This document shows positions 46,280 to 56,481 of a DNA stretch of 64,000 nucleotides, piece by piece (within the stretch, counting starts at the first letter, position 1; each line of letters begins with the position of its first letter). The stretch lies in the IMG/VR virus record IMGVR_UViG_3300043446_003513, positions 32,001-96,000 of that record. One strand, 5' to 3'. The translations under genes and the position numbers were made by a program. The DNA is from a virus. The notes below the pieces were generated by a model, which ran no database searches, was not told the origin of the DNA, and saw only the letters and a list, made by a program, of their open reading frames with translations.

Positions 46280-47278
46280 TCATGGGTTCCAAGATCGATA
46301 TTCGATATCGGAAACTGCGTTTTTAATACAGGCTTTAATTTCTTCTTCAGTCATATCGCCAGCATCTTTTGCATCATGTGGGTATATCTTACCATAAGAA
46401 TGCGATGCCCACAAGACATCTTTATGTTTTAATTTATTTGCAATATTTAAACCGAGGTCTCTGCCAGCTTGGTCTGAATCTGTCATGATAATTATTTGAT
46501 TAAAATATCTGTTTAACAATTTAATATTATTTGATGATATATGTCCACCTAATGTTGCTATAACATTTGGAAATCCAGACTGGTGAACCCTCATGGCGTC
46601 AAAGGAGGATTCAGTAATAATGCATACACCACCAATGCGTTTAACGTTATGAATATTAAAAAGAGTGCTACTGCGGGGAAGCCCTGTCGAATTTTTAAAC
46701 TCTTTAGAGTCAATCCCACGCCCAACAATCCCAACGCAAAGGCCGTCAGGACTATATACAGGCACAGTAACCATCCTGCGGTTATTAGAATATCCAACAT
46801 TAAAATGCTCCAATGTCTCGTCGGTAAATCCTCGGCCATGCATGTATGCACGACCATCCTTATATTCTTTCATTTCTTTAGATAATTTGTCAATAGTGCT
46901 TTTATCAAACTCCACAAATTCTGGTTTCTCTTCTAATAATTCATTTAAAATTTCATCAAAATTCTGTAACGACTCAGATTCTTTTGAAGAAATAAATCTA
47001 AGTGCTTCGTAGTCATTTTTTTGTAAAACTTTTTTTACAAGATCCAGTAATGTGCCAGACTCTCCGCAAGAAGGGTTAAAGCAAATATATGCACCCTTGT
47101 CTCTGCTTACGCTAAAACTTGGTGTATGTCTATTAGAATGAAATGGGCAATAGCATAAAAAATCATTTGAGGTTTCTCCAACAACATCTAAACCAATTGA
47201 TTTTACGATTGTTTTAATATGTGCTGGGGCATACTGCGTGGGATCAACTTCCCTTGTGTTATACCCTCTGATAGCCAT
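46280..47278 (-). CDS. DNA primase
   Basis: CPFH zinc finger, TOPRIM ESSFD...DSDQAG...KDAGD. Confidence 0.9.
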   Translation of the reverse strand: MAIRGYNTREVDPTQYAPAHIKTIVKSIGLDVVGETSNDFLCYCPFHSNRHTPSFSVSRDKGAYICFNPSCGESGTLLDLVKKVLQKNDYEALRFISSKESESLQNFDEILNELLEEKPEFVEFDKSTIDKLSKEMKEYKDGRAYMHGRGFTDETLEHFNVGYSNNRRMVTVPVYSPDGLCVGIVGRGIDSKEFKNSTGLPRSSTLFNIHNVKRIGGVCIITESSFDAMRVHQSGFPNVIATLGGHISSNNIKLLNRYFNQIIIMTDSDQAGRDLGLNIANKLKHKDVLWASHSYGKIYPHDAKDAGDMTEEEIKACIKNAVSDIEYRSWNP

Positions 47279-47505
47279 GCCTTCTTCTTTCCTACGTAAA
47301 CTCCATAAAGCGTCATTAAGAACGCCCAGGTTTCTCCAGTAAATTCTACAGAAAAACTAGGGTCTATGTCAAGCACCCTAGCGTAACCTCTTGATCTCAT
47401 GTCATGAGTAAGCAAATTCTCATACTGAGCTCTTAATCTAATTATTTCAGAGTCATCCTTAAACTTAACTTCGACTTGAAATCTTTTAATATTTTTATGA
47501 TTCAT
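47203..47505 (-). CDS. hypothetical protein
   Basis: start refined; between helicase and primase. Confidence 0.65.
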   Translation of the reverse strand: MNHKNIKRFQVEVKFKDDSEIIRLRAQYENLLTHDMRSRGYARVLDIDPSFSVEFTGETWAFLMTLYGVYVGKKKAWLSEGITQGKLIPRSMPQHILKQS

Positions 47506-48736
47506 TCTTTTGCTCAAAAGGATTTTCAAATATCTCTTTGACTATTCCACGATTAATGTCCCAGTCTAAGAAAACATTAAATTCATGACCATGTCTATTT
47601 TTTCTACTAACAACCTCAATCATATTTGTATTTGTATATTTATGAATAGCAATTGCCATATCTGCATCATACTCAATTGCTTTTGACCACGCAACTTGAG
47701 AGAGCATGGGTGGGTTATCTTGATCAGAAACATCATCCATAGTTGCTGCAGTAATATCAATAATTGGAATTCCATTTGTCATAGCAAGCATCTTAAACTC
47801 ACGAGAGATGTTCATATTTCTTTCAGTGGCTCCAGAGCTACGCTTAGTATCTGAAAAGAGTTGATGATAATCAAGAATTACTAAATCTGGTTTATGTTGA
47901 TCTATTTTTGCCTGAACGGTATTAGCATTGACTTCAGCCATGCCCTCATTAGAAACCAATATAAAACCATTTTTATTTTCAAATCTTTTCTTTCCCCAAG
48001 ATCTCAGATCGTCTATATTAATGTCTCCTTTTGCAAAATCACTTGCCTTAAATAACCCAGACCCCATCATTGTATAGATTCGGTCTCGCATATTTTCTGG
48101 AGACATTTCTAGAGAAACAATCATTGGCTTGAATCCTTGTTCCCAAGCCTTGCATGCTAAGTATGAAGTAAACCATGTCTTACCTCTACCTGGCCAACCA
48201 ATTGCCACAATTAAATGTCCTGGAGCCATACCAGTTGGATAAGCCTTATCAATTGCTTCAAACCCTGTTAGAATTCCTGGACTTCCGCCCATGGCTGCAG
48301 AGCGTTCTTTTACTGATACTAAATGTTTTTCTGCAAGATCCAAGTCTGTAACATCTATATCACGAACATTATTTGTATACTTTGCCAAACTAGATAGTTT
48401 TGCTTGCATATCTGCCAAGACTCTTGATGCGGCATCTTCTTTTAATGCAGATCCGCCCTGCATAATAATTCCTTTTAGCTTAGCAGTTAGGTATTCATTC
48501 TTGAGCTTATCTAAATAATAGCCAGTCTGACCAGATACATCCACTGGCTCAAAGTCTTTGAAGCGCTCCATTAGAATTCCTACCTCTGGAACGGCTTTAA
48601 ATTTATAATAATACGATTTTAATGAATCCCAAATATCTCTGTGCGATGTAAAAATATCATCAACATTGTCTGCTAATAAAACACTTATATCTTTATTCTT
48701 GCATACTGAGGATAAAAGTTCCGCTTCTGTGTTCAC
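47495..48736 (-). CDS. DnaB-like replicative helicase
   Basis: GWPGRGKT, SLEM, ILDY, IEYDAD, KNRHG. Confidence 0.92.
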   Translation of the reverse strand: MNTEAELLSSVCKNKDISVLLADNVDDIFTSHRDIWDSLKSYYYKFKAVPEVGILMERFKDFEPVDVSGQTGYYLDKLKNEYLTAKLKGIIMQGGSALKEDAASRVLADMQAKLSSLAKYTNNVRDIDVTDLDLAEKHLVSVKERSAAMGGSPGILTGFEAIDKAYPTGMAPGHLIVAIGWPGRGKTWFTSYLACKAWEQGFKPMIVSLEMSPENMRDRIYTMMGSGLFKASDFAKGDINIDDLRSWGKKRFENKNGFILVSNEGMAEVNANTVQAKIDQHKPDLVILDYHQLFSDTKRSSGATERNMNISREFKMLAMTNGIPIIDITAATMDDVSDQDNPPMLSQVAWSKAIEYDADMAIAIHKYTNTNMIEVVSRKNRHGHEFNVFLDWDINRGIVKEIFENPFEQKNES

Positions 48737-49050
48737 TCTTCTCCCTCCACCAATTTTCTAGTAGCTTCTAATAAAACTCTTCTATTCGATTTATCTTTTT
48801 CCATTTCAGTTTTATAGTAATCAAGCCTATCAAAACTATAGAAGAAAAAATTAATCGGGTGACCAGCCTTGCTTGTTCTAAAGTAATATACTAAAAGCTC
48901 TTTAGTTCTGTCAAATCCTATGCTATCTATTACATCCTGCATAGCCCACTTTTCACGAAACTTATTTAGCTTAGGCTTTTGCCCATACTTTTCTTTATAC
49001 AAAGACTCATAAAGGCTTAACAAAATATAAGGTTCTTTATCACTTGCCAC
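48733..49050 (-). CDS. hypothetical protein (replication cluster)
   Basis: operon packing. Confidence 0.7.
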   Translation of the reverse strand: MASDKEPYILLSLYESLYKEKYGQKPKLNKFREKWAMQDVIDSIGFDRTKELLVYYFRTSKAGHPINFFFYSFDRLDYYKTEMEKDKSNRRVLLEATRKLVEGEE

Positions 49051-49249
49051 GATTTGACAATTCCTCTTCTACCTCACGAGTTTTTTCTATCAGTTTATCT
49101 TCCACAAATTTATACACTCGATCTGTAGCGGTATCAACATTTTCTCCATCACGAACCCAGTCTTCTACGCCAATACCAATTTTGATACTCTCATAGTTTC
49201 CTAGGTTGCGAGTAAAAGAAAGATCAACCTTAACTTTTGTGTCCATCAT
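49040..49249 (-). CDS. conserved-looking phage protein (TRNLGNYES motif)
   Basis: start refined after AAGGCGG. Confidence 0.75.
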   Translation of the reverse strand: MMDTKVKVDLSFTRNLGNYESIKIGIGVEDWVRDGENVDTATDRVYKFVEDKLIEKTREVEEELSNRGK

Positions 49250-49731
49250 TCCGCCTTCCATACTGGTACAAATTTACCATCTTCTGTCTTAGTATACAAT
49301 ATTAAGTTGTTTCTGAGAATAGCTAACAGTTCAGTTTTTGATGGTATATCGCTGTGATATCCAGCATCTAATATAAATTGGTGCAAATCTAATATATCGG
49401 ACTCGCTAAACATATATTTAGACCAGTTTTTATTTTCTGGATCACCAATTGGATATATTTTAGACGGTGGCTTTATTTTACCATCCAAAATATAATCCTC
49501 AATAGTAACTTTATGTTTATTTAAAATCTTTGCTACCTGTGTCATAGAATATGCTGTCTGCATATTTTTTTCTACAAGAGAGTACGAGTAGAGCACCCTT
49601 TTTCTATCTGGGTAGCACCAAGCAATTATTTCATCCCTTGGTCTAGACGATCTAATAACTTTATGTATTTTATCGTTTAGGAAGAAGTAGAGAAATTTTT
49701 TGCGTGTTTTTCTTCTATTTGACTTAGCCAT
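49246..49731 (-). CDS. HTH (MerR-like) DNA-binding protein
   Basis: YSMTQVAKILNKHKVTI. Confidence 0.65.
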   Translation of the reverse strand: MAKSNRRKTRKKFLYFFLNDKIHKVIRSSRPRDEIIAWCYPDRKRVLYSYSLVEKNMQTAYSMTQVAKILNKHKVTIEDYILDGKIKPPSKIYPIGDPENKNWSKYMFSESDILDLHQFILDAGYHSDIPSKTELLAILRNNLILYTKTEDGKFVPVWKAE

Positions 49732-49865
49732 CGACCTATTGCTGTTCTTTCTTTATGTAACATCCACCTTTTGCCACATGCAATACAGAATACCTCAACA
49801 GATAAGTATTGAGAAAATACTCTATCTATAAAAACTCTTCCGCCACATTTAGCACACCACATCAT
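49677..49865 (-). CDS. small zinc-ribbon protein
   Basis: CAKCGG...CIACG. Confidence 0.7.
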   Translation of the reverse strand: MMWCAKCGGRVFIDRVFSQYLSVEVFCIACGKRWMLHKERTAIGRWLSQIEEKHAKNFSTSS

Positions 49866-50665
49866 AATGAAAATAACTTCCCATCAACTACACAAGTATA
49901 ATTTGGAGAAATATGAACCATCTGAATATGCGGCCACTCTCCATTCTCAATATGAGCAATGGCAAAACCTTTTTGCCAGTCGTGATGCTGTGTATATTTC
50001 ATTCCTGGCCCCTTTTCATCACACATATGACCGATTTCATATCCACGAATTGTCTCGCCAAGTCCGTTGTTTCTTAACTCGTACGTTTGGAAATGCGATG
50101 CAATTCTATGTGAATGTCCTCTAATTAAAGATATCTGGAGATCATTCATGTCTTTTCTTACCGCACCAGTATCTGCAACGGATAGTCCGTGATGTACGTG
50201 TATATCTCCAAATCTGCGCTTTGGCAATTCGTTATAGTAAATATACTCGTAACCCAAAGAATCTAAAGACCACAAAGATTCTGGTGTAACCTCATTAATA
50301 TAGTCTGGAAGTTTTGCATCTACATAATTAAAAATACGAATATCATGATTTCCTAAAGCAGAAAACAATTGAGCGTTCGGCAACATTTCCCTAGTTTTAA
50401 CATAAAAGTCTCTAGCGCCTTTTGCTTCGTGACGCATCATTGGAACAATTAAATCTTTACTATCTGTTTTGTGCAAATTTAAAAATTCAGCAGATCGTCC
50501 TTCTGTATACTTGCTATAGCATGCCTGGTCATCAGTATCGCCTAAATAGTCTACTACATCTGGCTTAAACCATTTCATTACTTTAAACCAAAGCTCGATG
50601 GCTTTGTCGTCTTGATATGGAAACTGTTGATCTGACGACAACATCCATTTTAAATCATTACTCAT
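49862..50665 (-). CDS. calcineurin-like metallophosphoesterase
   Basis: SDQQ, GD..D, GNHD, HHG, GHSH. Confidence 0.85.
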   Translation of the reverse strand: MSNDLKWMLSSDQQFPYQDDKAIELWFKVMKWFKPDVVDYLGDTDDQACYSKYTEGRSAEFLNLHKTDSKDLIVPMMRHEAKGARDFYVKTREMLPNAQLFSALGNHDIRIFNYVDAKLPDYINEVTPESLWSLDSLGYEYIYYNELPKRRFGDIHVHHGLSVADTGAVRKDMNDLQISLIRGHSHRIASHFQTYELRNNGLGETIRGYEIGHMCDEKGPGMKYTQHHDWQKGFAIAHIENGEWPHIQMVHISPNYTCVVDGKLFSL

Positions 50666-50679
50666 ATTTTCCTTATATG

Positions 50680-50705
50680 AAAAAAGTCACGGGTTCGTGA
50701 CTTTT
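50680..50705 (-). terminator. intrinsic terminator
   Basis: AAAAGTCACG/CGTGACTTTT hairpin. Confidence 0.7.
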
Positions 50706-50740
50706 GTAATACACTTATTGTAACATTTATTTTGAAGATG

Positions 50741-51145
50741 TCAAAGATCTTCGCCCTGCTCATGCATATTAGTTTCTGAATCACTTACTTCAATTATTTT
50801 TGATCTATCTAGCCCATACTGATTAAAAGAATCTGGACTAACTATGTGCCGTCTTTTGTTTTGCGAAATTAAATAAATCTTACTATCAGAAATATTTTTA
50901 ATTAAAGTTCCGTCTCTAAAGCCTAATTTTCCTACGGTCTTAATTCCAGATAAGGCTGAATCTTCAGCGTTTACTGTTGTAAATGACCAAGACTCTTCTG
51001 CTCGATCCGATATAAGTTTAAATCTTTTACCATCTTTTATCCAGTATGTTCCGCTATTAGTTTTTACTGCGATGCCAGATGGAAAATTAGTTGGCACACT
51101 TACAATAGTCGGTTGACTATTTTTAAATAGCTTCATTTTTCTCAT
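50741..51145 (-). CDS. hypothetical protein with two-fold internal repeat
   Basis: G...K...TYWIKDGKR / GTLIK...IYLISQNKRR. Confidence 0.7.
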   Translation of the reverse strand: MRKMKLFKNSQPTIVSVPTNFPSGIAVKTNSGTYWIKDGKRFKLISDRAEESWSFTTVNAEDSALSGIKTVGKLGFRDGTLIKNISDSKIYLISQNKRRHIVSPDSFNQYGLDRSKIIEVSDSETNMHEQGEDL

Positions 51146-51164
51146 CTTTCGATTATACTATATG

Positions 51165-51572
51165 CTAATAAGCTAATGCAATCCAGTTAATGCTAACTGG
51201 TTTCTTTTTTGTTTTATTTGTACTTTGAAAATATATCCAAACAGTTACGGACTCTTTTGTGGTTTGTCCTATTGCAATATTAATATTATCGTCTGCAAGC
51301 CCACCTTTTGGGCTGGCTAATGTTGCAACTACAGTAGGAACTTTTGAAAAAAATGTTTTAGAGCTTGCCGTTGTCAATGGAATAATTCTAGAAACAGTTT
51401 TTCCAGAATCTAAATCTCCGCAATCAAACGTGCCAGCTAGCATCTGTGGAGCACTAGATCCAATTGTGCTATCTCCAACAGTAATAACCTTTCCTTCTAC
51501 CAAAGATAGCTTTGTTTCTAGCGATGACAAAAGGCTTGCATCCAGTGGTGCGCCGTCTACAAATTGTGACAT
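51165..51572 (-). CDS. tail-associated protein (lectin/gp53-like C-terminus)
   Basis: FSKVPTVVAT...INWIA. Confidence 0.55.
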   Translation of the reverse strand: MSQFVDGAPLDASLLSSLETKLSLVEGKVITVGDSTIGSSAPQMLAGTFDCGDLDSGKTVSRIIPLTTASSKTFFSKVPTVVATLASPKGGLADDNINIAIGQTTKESVTVWIYFQSTNKTKKKPVSINWIALAY

Positions 51573-51573
51573 T

Positions 51574-51753
51574 TTAATCTCCTAAAGATTCTAAGGACAA
51601 CTCGTAGTCTTGAATCGCCTTTTCTTTTTCTTCTTTTTCATTTAACATATGTGTAATCTCTGCCCTTAAAATTGCAATTTGTGTTTCATAAGATGCAGCC
51701 ATTTCACCAATTCTTTGTTGTAATGCTGTAATTATTAGTTGTTCTTTATCCAT
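51574..51753 (-). CDS. small coiled-coil protein (59 aa, not in track)
   Basis: MDKEQLIITALQQRIGE; AAGGA RBS. Confidence 0.7.
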   Translation of the reverse strand: MDKEQLIITALQQRIGEMAASYETQIAILRAEITHMLNEKEEKEKAIQDYELSLESLGD

Positions 51754-51760
51754 TTTATCC

Positions 51761-52021
51761 TTAAGGGGCTGTTGGTGAACTGGTTGGCTGTGTATAAGAA
51801 CTTGAATCCTCTGTTACATTTAATTTAGAAAGTTCTGTTTGCAATGCTGTAATTTGTGCATCAAATTGTTCAATTCTACTATTTTGATTAGAAATAAATT
51901 CTGAACTTGGGCTATCCAGTGCTTCTTCCGCCATTATAGATGTTTCTGCATTATATTTATTAACCTCAATATTTCTAATATGAGCATTAATAATTGCTGC
52001 TTTTTCATTATCAGTTAACAT
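51761..52021 (-). CDS. hypothetical protein (tail region)
   Basis: AGGAGG RBS. Confidence 0.7.
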   Translation of the reverse strand: MLTDNEKAAIINAHIRNIEVNKYNAETSIMAEEALDSPSSEFISNQNSRIEQFDAQITALQTELSKLNVTEDSSSYTQPTSSPTAP

Positions 52022-52037
52022 TTATCCTCCTACCCTA

Positions 52038-53753
52038 TTATAGCGTAATATAAATTGCTCCGCTATTTGTCGTGTCATATCCTTGAGTATTCCACACTCT
52101 TGATTCTACCAAATAATAACCACTAGTCAAGCCTAGGAAAAATCCATTCATATTTGATAAAGATCCATAGCCAGTATTGTGTGCATTATCATCATCTAAA
52201 CTGCTTCCATCAATCCTATGAAATCTGGCTGCCTGAAATGCATAAAAAGACCCATTCCATTTAAATAAAACTAAGGCAAACCACGGGACTTGAGACGGGA
52301 TTGATGCTGGGACCCTAGTATATCCAATTGCTGTCGTTCCCACGCCACCCGCAGTAAAAGACGTATTTGTGCCAGATGTTGGTACTGCTGTTGCATTAGT
52401 AGTAATATATCTTCCATATGGAACAATATTTGAAGAGCTGGCAAATAAAGTAGATGCACCATTTACAATACCATAAGAACCTCCATATACAACTGCAGTA
52501 TATGCAGCGCCAGGAGACAATCCAGAAAAAGTAATTGATGACGAAGAAGATACTGTTACTGCTTGATATGTTGGAGCTGAAAAAAGTGTTTGATATTTAT
52601 AAAGTTCTACAATTTTTGGATTTGTTCCTCCAGTAAACGAATCGAACGTTATGCTTGTTGTCGTCACAGACCAGCTAAAATTAGTTGGATAAGCTGGATA
52701 ATATGGGGTTGTATAGTTTAATGAGGTAGCTGATGGGCTCAAATACCCATTTGCTAATGGATACACATAAAAAGTATAGGTTGTATTTTCTGATAAATAG
52801 GCAACAGGAGACCACGTAAGCATGCCAGCAGTATAAGCAGACTGTATAAATGTTGATCCAATATAGTATGAAACAAAATAATCTGTTGCATTTGCAACAG
52901 CATTCCATTTTACTTCAATATACCCAGTTGTCGGATTATAATTATATACTTGAAATCCAGTTACTGATGAAAGCGTTGGGGGAGCTGAGGTTGTTGCACT
53001 TACTTCAGAACTTAAATTTCCAGCATATCCAGTAACAGATCCAGATACAATAGATCCAGTATATGGTTTTACCGCAAAATAGTATGTATTGGATGGAGAT
53101 AGTCCAGATATTGTTATTGAAGTAGAACTTGTATGAACATTATTGTTTAGGATTCCAGAAGCTCCGCCATAATATACTATATAAGAATTACTGTATGCTC
53201 CCGCAGTCCAGCTTAAATTAATACTGGTTGTGGTTGCTCCAGAAGTTGCAAGGTTTGAAATATTTCTTGCTCCCTCTACTGTGACGGCAGTAGAGTATGA
53301 ATAAGTTGTTGTTCCATAAGTGCTATTATATGCTTTAGTATAATATCTGTAATAATTAGTTGTATTTGCAACAACGTGGGTTCCGTTGTTTAAAAGGTTT
53401 TGAGTGTTTGATGTAGTTAATCCAGCAGCTGGATTTGTTGCTGTAGCATCTGAATAAAAAGAACTATACGAAGATCCATCCGTAGACATTTGAAAGGCAT
53501 AATCTAGTGTGTCATAGTCTGACCAATGGTAGTGTGTTCCAGTTAAATATCTCAATCCAGTAGTAGCATTTGCAGCACTTACTGAAATTTCAGATTGAGA
53601 TTCTACGGAAGGTGAAACAACTGAAGAAAAAATTTGTTTCCATGTTCCAGAAACTCTTATATATGCAGAAGAAACATTTTTCCATGCACCAGAAACTCTT
53701 AACTTAATTGAGTTTACATCTTTCCAAGAAGAGTCTCTTAATTTAATTGGCAT
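52038..53753 (-). CDS. tail fiber / receptor-binding protein with FN3 repeats
   Basis: N-terminal RVSG.WK repeats; several FN3 (LSW...Y...GLSP...Y.F.V). Confidence 0.75.
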   Translation of the reverse strand: MPIKLRDSSWKDVNSIKLRVSGAWKNVSSAYIRVSGTWKQIFSSVVSPSVESQSEISVSAANATTGLRYLTGTHYHWSDYDTLDYAFQMSTDGSSYSSFYSDATATNPAAGLTTSNTQNLLNNGTHVVANTTNYYRYYTKAYNSTYGTTTYSYSTAVTVEGARNISNLATSGATTTSINLSWTAGAYSNSYIVYYGGASGILNNNVHTSSTSITISGLSPSNTYYFAVKPYTGSIVSGSVTGYAGNLSSEVSATTSAPPTLSSVTGFQVYNYNPTTGYIEVKWNAVANATDYFVSYYIGSTFIQSAYTAGMLTWSPVAYLSENTTYTFYVYPLANGYLSPSATSLNYTTPYYPAYPTNFSWSVTTTSITFDSFTGGTNPKIVELYKYQTLFSAPTYQAVTVSSSSSITFSGLSPGAAYTAVVYGGSYGIVNGASTLFASSSNIVPYGRYITTNATAVPTSGTNTSFTAGGVGTTAIGYTRVPASIPSQVPWFALVLFKWNGSFYAFQAARFHRIDGSSLDDDNAHNTGYGSLSNMNGFFLGLTSGYYLVESRVWNTQGYDTTNSGAIYITL

Positions 53754-53760
53754 GATTATC

Positions 53761-55098
53761 CTATGGTGTATATACTAATAAAACGTCGCCATCTGATGAC
53801 GAATAAGATGATGCAGAATTATAATTAGATGTAGATACAGTTAACATATTTCTCAGCATTCTTGCTCCACCAGAATTTGTTGTATAAGAAGCTCCAGCAA
53901 TTGGATATAATGCAGAAAAACCAGATGATTGCTTTCCACCTATTACAATTTCTGATGTAGAATTTGTTTTTAAAACATTAACGGGATCTAAACTTGTTCC
54001 ATAATATCCTTGATCAACAATATGCATTGGTCCTAAAGCAGCATATATTCTATAATCATTAAGTTTAATTTGTGGAACTGGAACTATAGTTGAGTTTGTA
54101 GATGTTAAAACTAAAGACCCATCTGAGGATGAAATTTCTGTGATGCCGCCATTGTTGTCATCTGTTGAAAGTATAGACCATGCGCCATACGAAGGGTTTC
54201 CTATGTATCCAGAAGTGGCAGTTACCTGTCCAGTTAGTGTGATATTTCCAGATAAGTCTGCTGAAAATACTTTTTGATTTGCTGTATTATAAACTGCCAT
54301 TCCTGGAGTAATTACATATGTAAGTGGTGTAGGAAGTCCAGTTATTGGATCTGGATAAGATGTAATATTTGTTGTAGAGCTAGACAATTCTATTCTTGCA
54401 CCAGTTGCATTTCCAGCTCTTAAAAATGATGTTGCTGATATTGTTCCGCCCTTAATATTATCAAATACTAAAACATCACCTTTTAATTTACTTATTGTTA
54501 CTGCACCTGGACCCAAATCTACATCAGATGCCCTGGTTGCCCCTCCTGAAATTGTTGCTACAAGAGCTTTGCTTGATTCTGTTCCGTCTAAATTTACTGC
54601 AGAAGCAAAAATATAAACTGGTTGGCCATACTGAACATATGTTCCGTCGACTGGAAGAGTTACCGTATTATCTACTAAATCAGCATATAAAATTCCAGCA
54701 AGTTTTGCGGTACCAGATGAATATGTATTTTGATACCCAGCATAAACATTAATACATTTAAAGTTATTAAAAGATTCAGTCGGATTGCTGCCTTGATATG
54801 TTCCATCCCACTCAACAAGCACCGAAGCAAACTGGCTTGTTCCAGTAAATCCAGTCGGAACCTTTGGAGCATCTGTTGGAATTGTTATTCTATATGATGG
54901 AGACCATTCTTGTCTTCTGGTGCCATCTTGCATTACCCATCTAAATTGAATTGCATAAGTTTTTCCAGGAACTAGGTCTGGAATTCTTTTAGTAACAAAG
55001 TTTAAAAATGACTGTGCCTTATATGTATCAGATGCAGTTTTCCTTAAATCTGGAGGAAGATATACTGTTGACCCACCCAATAATACTGGAATAGACAT
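53761..55098 (-). CDS. minor tail protein
   Basis: FN3-like plus beta-helix-like repeats; tail cluster. Confidence 0.7.
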   Translation of the reverse strand: MSIPVLLGGSTVYLPPDLRKTASDTYKAQSFLNFVTKRIPDLVPGKTYAIQFRWVMQDGTRRQEWSPSYRITIPTDAPKVPTGFTGTSQFASVLVEWDGTYQGSNPTESFNNFKCINVYAGYQNTYSSGTAKLAGILYADLVDNTVTLPVDGTYVQYGQPVYIFASAVNLDGTESSKALVATISGGATRASDVDLGPGAVTISKLKGDVLVFDNIKGGTISATSFLRAGNATGARIELSSSTTNITSYPDPITGLPTPLTYVITPGMAVYNTANQKVFSADLSGNITLTGQVTATSGYIGNPSYGAWSILSTDDNNGGITEISSSDGSLVLTSTNSTIVPVPQIKLNDYRIYAALGPMHIVDQGYYGTSLDPVNVLKTNSTSEIVIGGKQSSGFSALYPIAGASYTTNSGGARMLRNMLTVSTSNYNSASSYSSSDGDVLLVYTP

Positions 55099-56066
55099 TA
55101 GAAATTAAGTCCTACTCTATATTCTAAATCTAATTGTTGTCCAGCTGTTTTAACTATTTCTGTATCTAAAACAGATCGGCTAATCATTCCGTTTATTGGA
55201 TCAAATGTGTCCTCATCATTTATTCTTAAAGCATCTAAATAAACTGTAGCTGGAGATGCAGCTGAAGAACAGGTGACTTCAATTCCTATTGCGATTATAT
55301 TTGACAATAGAGGTGTTCCAGAATATTGATTTATTAAATTTTCTAAAGTAACAGAATGTATTTTATTTCCCAATGCGGCCCATGTTCCGCCATCCTCAAT
55401 TGTTCCACTAGTAGAAGAATAATCCAAATAATAATATGATGCAGTGTCAGAATATAATTTAATTCTTATTTTTGATAAATTTGTATCTGCTTTAATATAT
55501 GACAAAGTCAATGTGTCTGCGGCTGTGTAACCAGAAAAATCTGTTACTGGAATAACAGCTTTATATTCTATGCTTGTAGTAAGTCCGTCATTAATAATTT
55601 TAGATGTACTGGATCCTACTCTTGCAGTATATGTATTTGATGTTGGGGTAAACTCTGGATTTCCAGATCCACCAACTAAATTCCAATTTGTAACATCGTC
55701 AAATAACGAAATCATCTTTCCAGTAAATTTATTTGCAGCTATGCCAGATGCTGGATAAACTCCAACTTCGCTAATTACTCCAGATACTTCTTGAGGAATA
55801 GTTGTTTTATAAACAACCGAATAAAGTGTATCTCCAGGAGCAATTGTAGTTTGACCATCCCTTGCGGTTATTGGTGAAGCAGTTTCATTTGTTTCAATGT
55901 CTATACTTCCAAACTCAACTGGAAATCTAAAAAACTCAAAGTCTAGTCTAGTACTTAGATCGCTTTCGGCACTAGAACCTACTCCCAATGCAATATCTTT
56001 TTGTGCAAATGGTACATTGCCAGCTAAGTAGTTAGTTAAAAATCTTTTTCCAAATTTTGTAATCAT
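55098..56066 (-). CDS. minor tail / baseplate protein
   Basis: MITKFG...ALGVG...ISEVGVY...LDLEYR. Confidence 0.7.
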   Translation of the reverse strand: MITKFGKRFLTNYLAGNVPFAQKDIALGVGSSAESDLSTRLDFEFFRFPVEFGSIDIETNETASPITARDGQTTIAPGDTLYSVVYKTTIPQEVSGVISEVGVYPASGIAANKFTGKMISLFDDVTNWNLVGGSGNPEFTPTSNTYTARVGSSTSKIINDGLTTSIEYKAVIPVTDFSGYTAADTLTLSYIKADTNLSKIRIKLYSDTASYYYLDYSSTSGTIEDGGTWAALGNKIHSVTLENLINQYSGTPLLSNIIAIGIEVTCSSAASPATVYLDALRINDEDTFDPINGMISRSVLDTEIVKTAGQQLDLEYRVGLNF

Positions 56067-56458
56067 TATTGAACCTCTGCTATTTTATAATCTACATCTT
56101 TAATTAATAGTCTTTGTGAATTATTAATTTTAAAAGTTATCTCATATCTTTTTCTTGACCCATCCATATATGATGTTGGACCGCTATAAATTGTTATATC
56201 ATCTAGGGCTATAGCAAAAGCTCCTTGAGAGGCAGTTCCAGAAAATTTATCAGATGTTGTTATTTTAGAGGATTGAGAAAATTGATTTTGTGGAGTAGAA
56301 ATAGAAGGTAGTGCGCCTCTTAAACTTGATTTTCCTGGTATGGAGTCTACAATTCTATGATATCTTGGATCCAATAAATACTCTTCTGGAGAGCCAGCTT
56401 GAATAAAAACTGGATTTGCTAAAGGCAAATTTCCTGTAGAATATATTGGATTGCTCAT
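56066..56458 (-). CDS. tail-region hypothetical protein
   Basis: operon packing, leaderless promoter. Confidence 0.65.
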   Translation of the reverse strand: MSNPIYSTGNLPLANPVFIQAGSPEEYLLDPRYHRIVDSIPGKSSLRGALPSISTPQNQFSQSSKITTSDKFSGTASQGAFAIALDDITIYSGPTSYMDGSRKRYEITFKINNSQRLLIKDVDYKIAEVQ

Positions 56459-56481
56459 TTTATCATTATACCATTAGGTTA

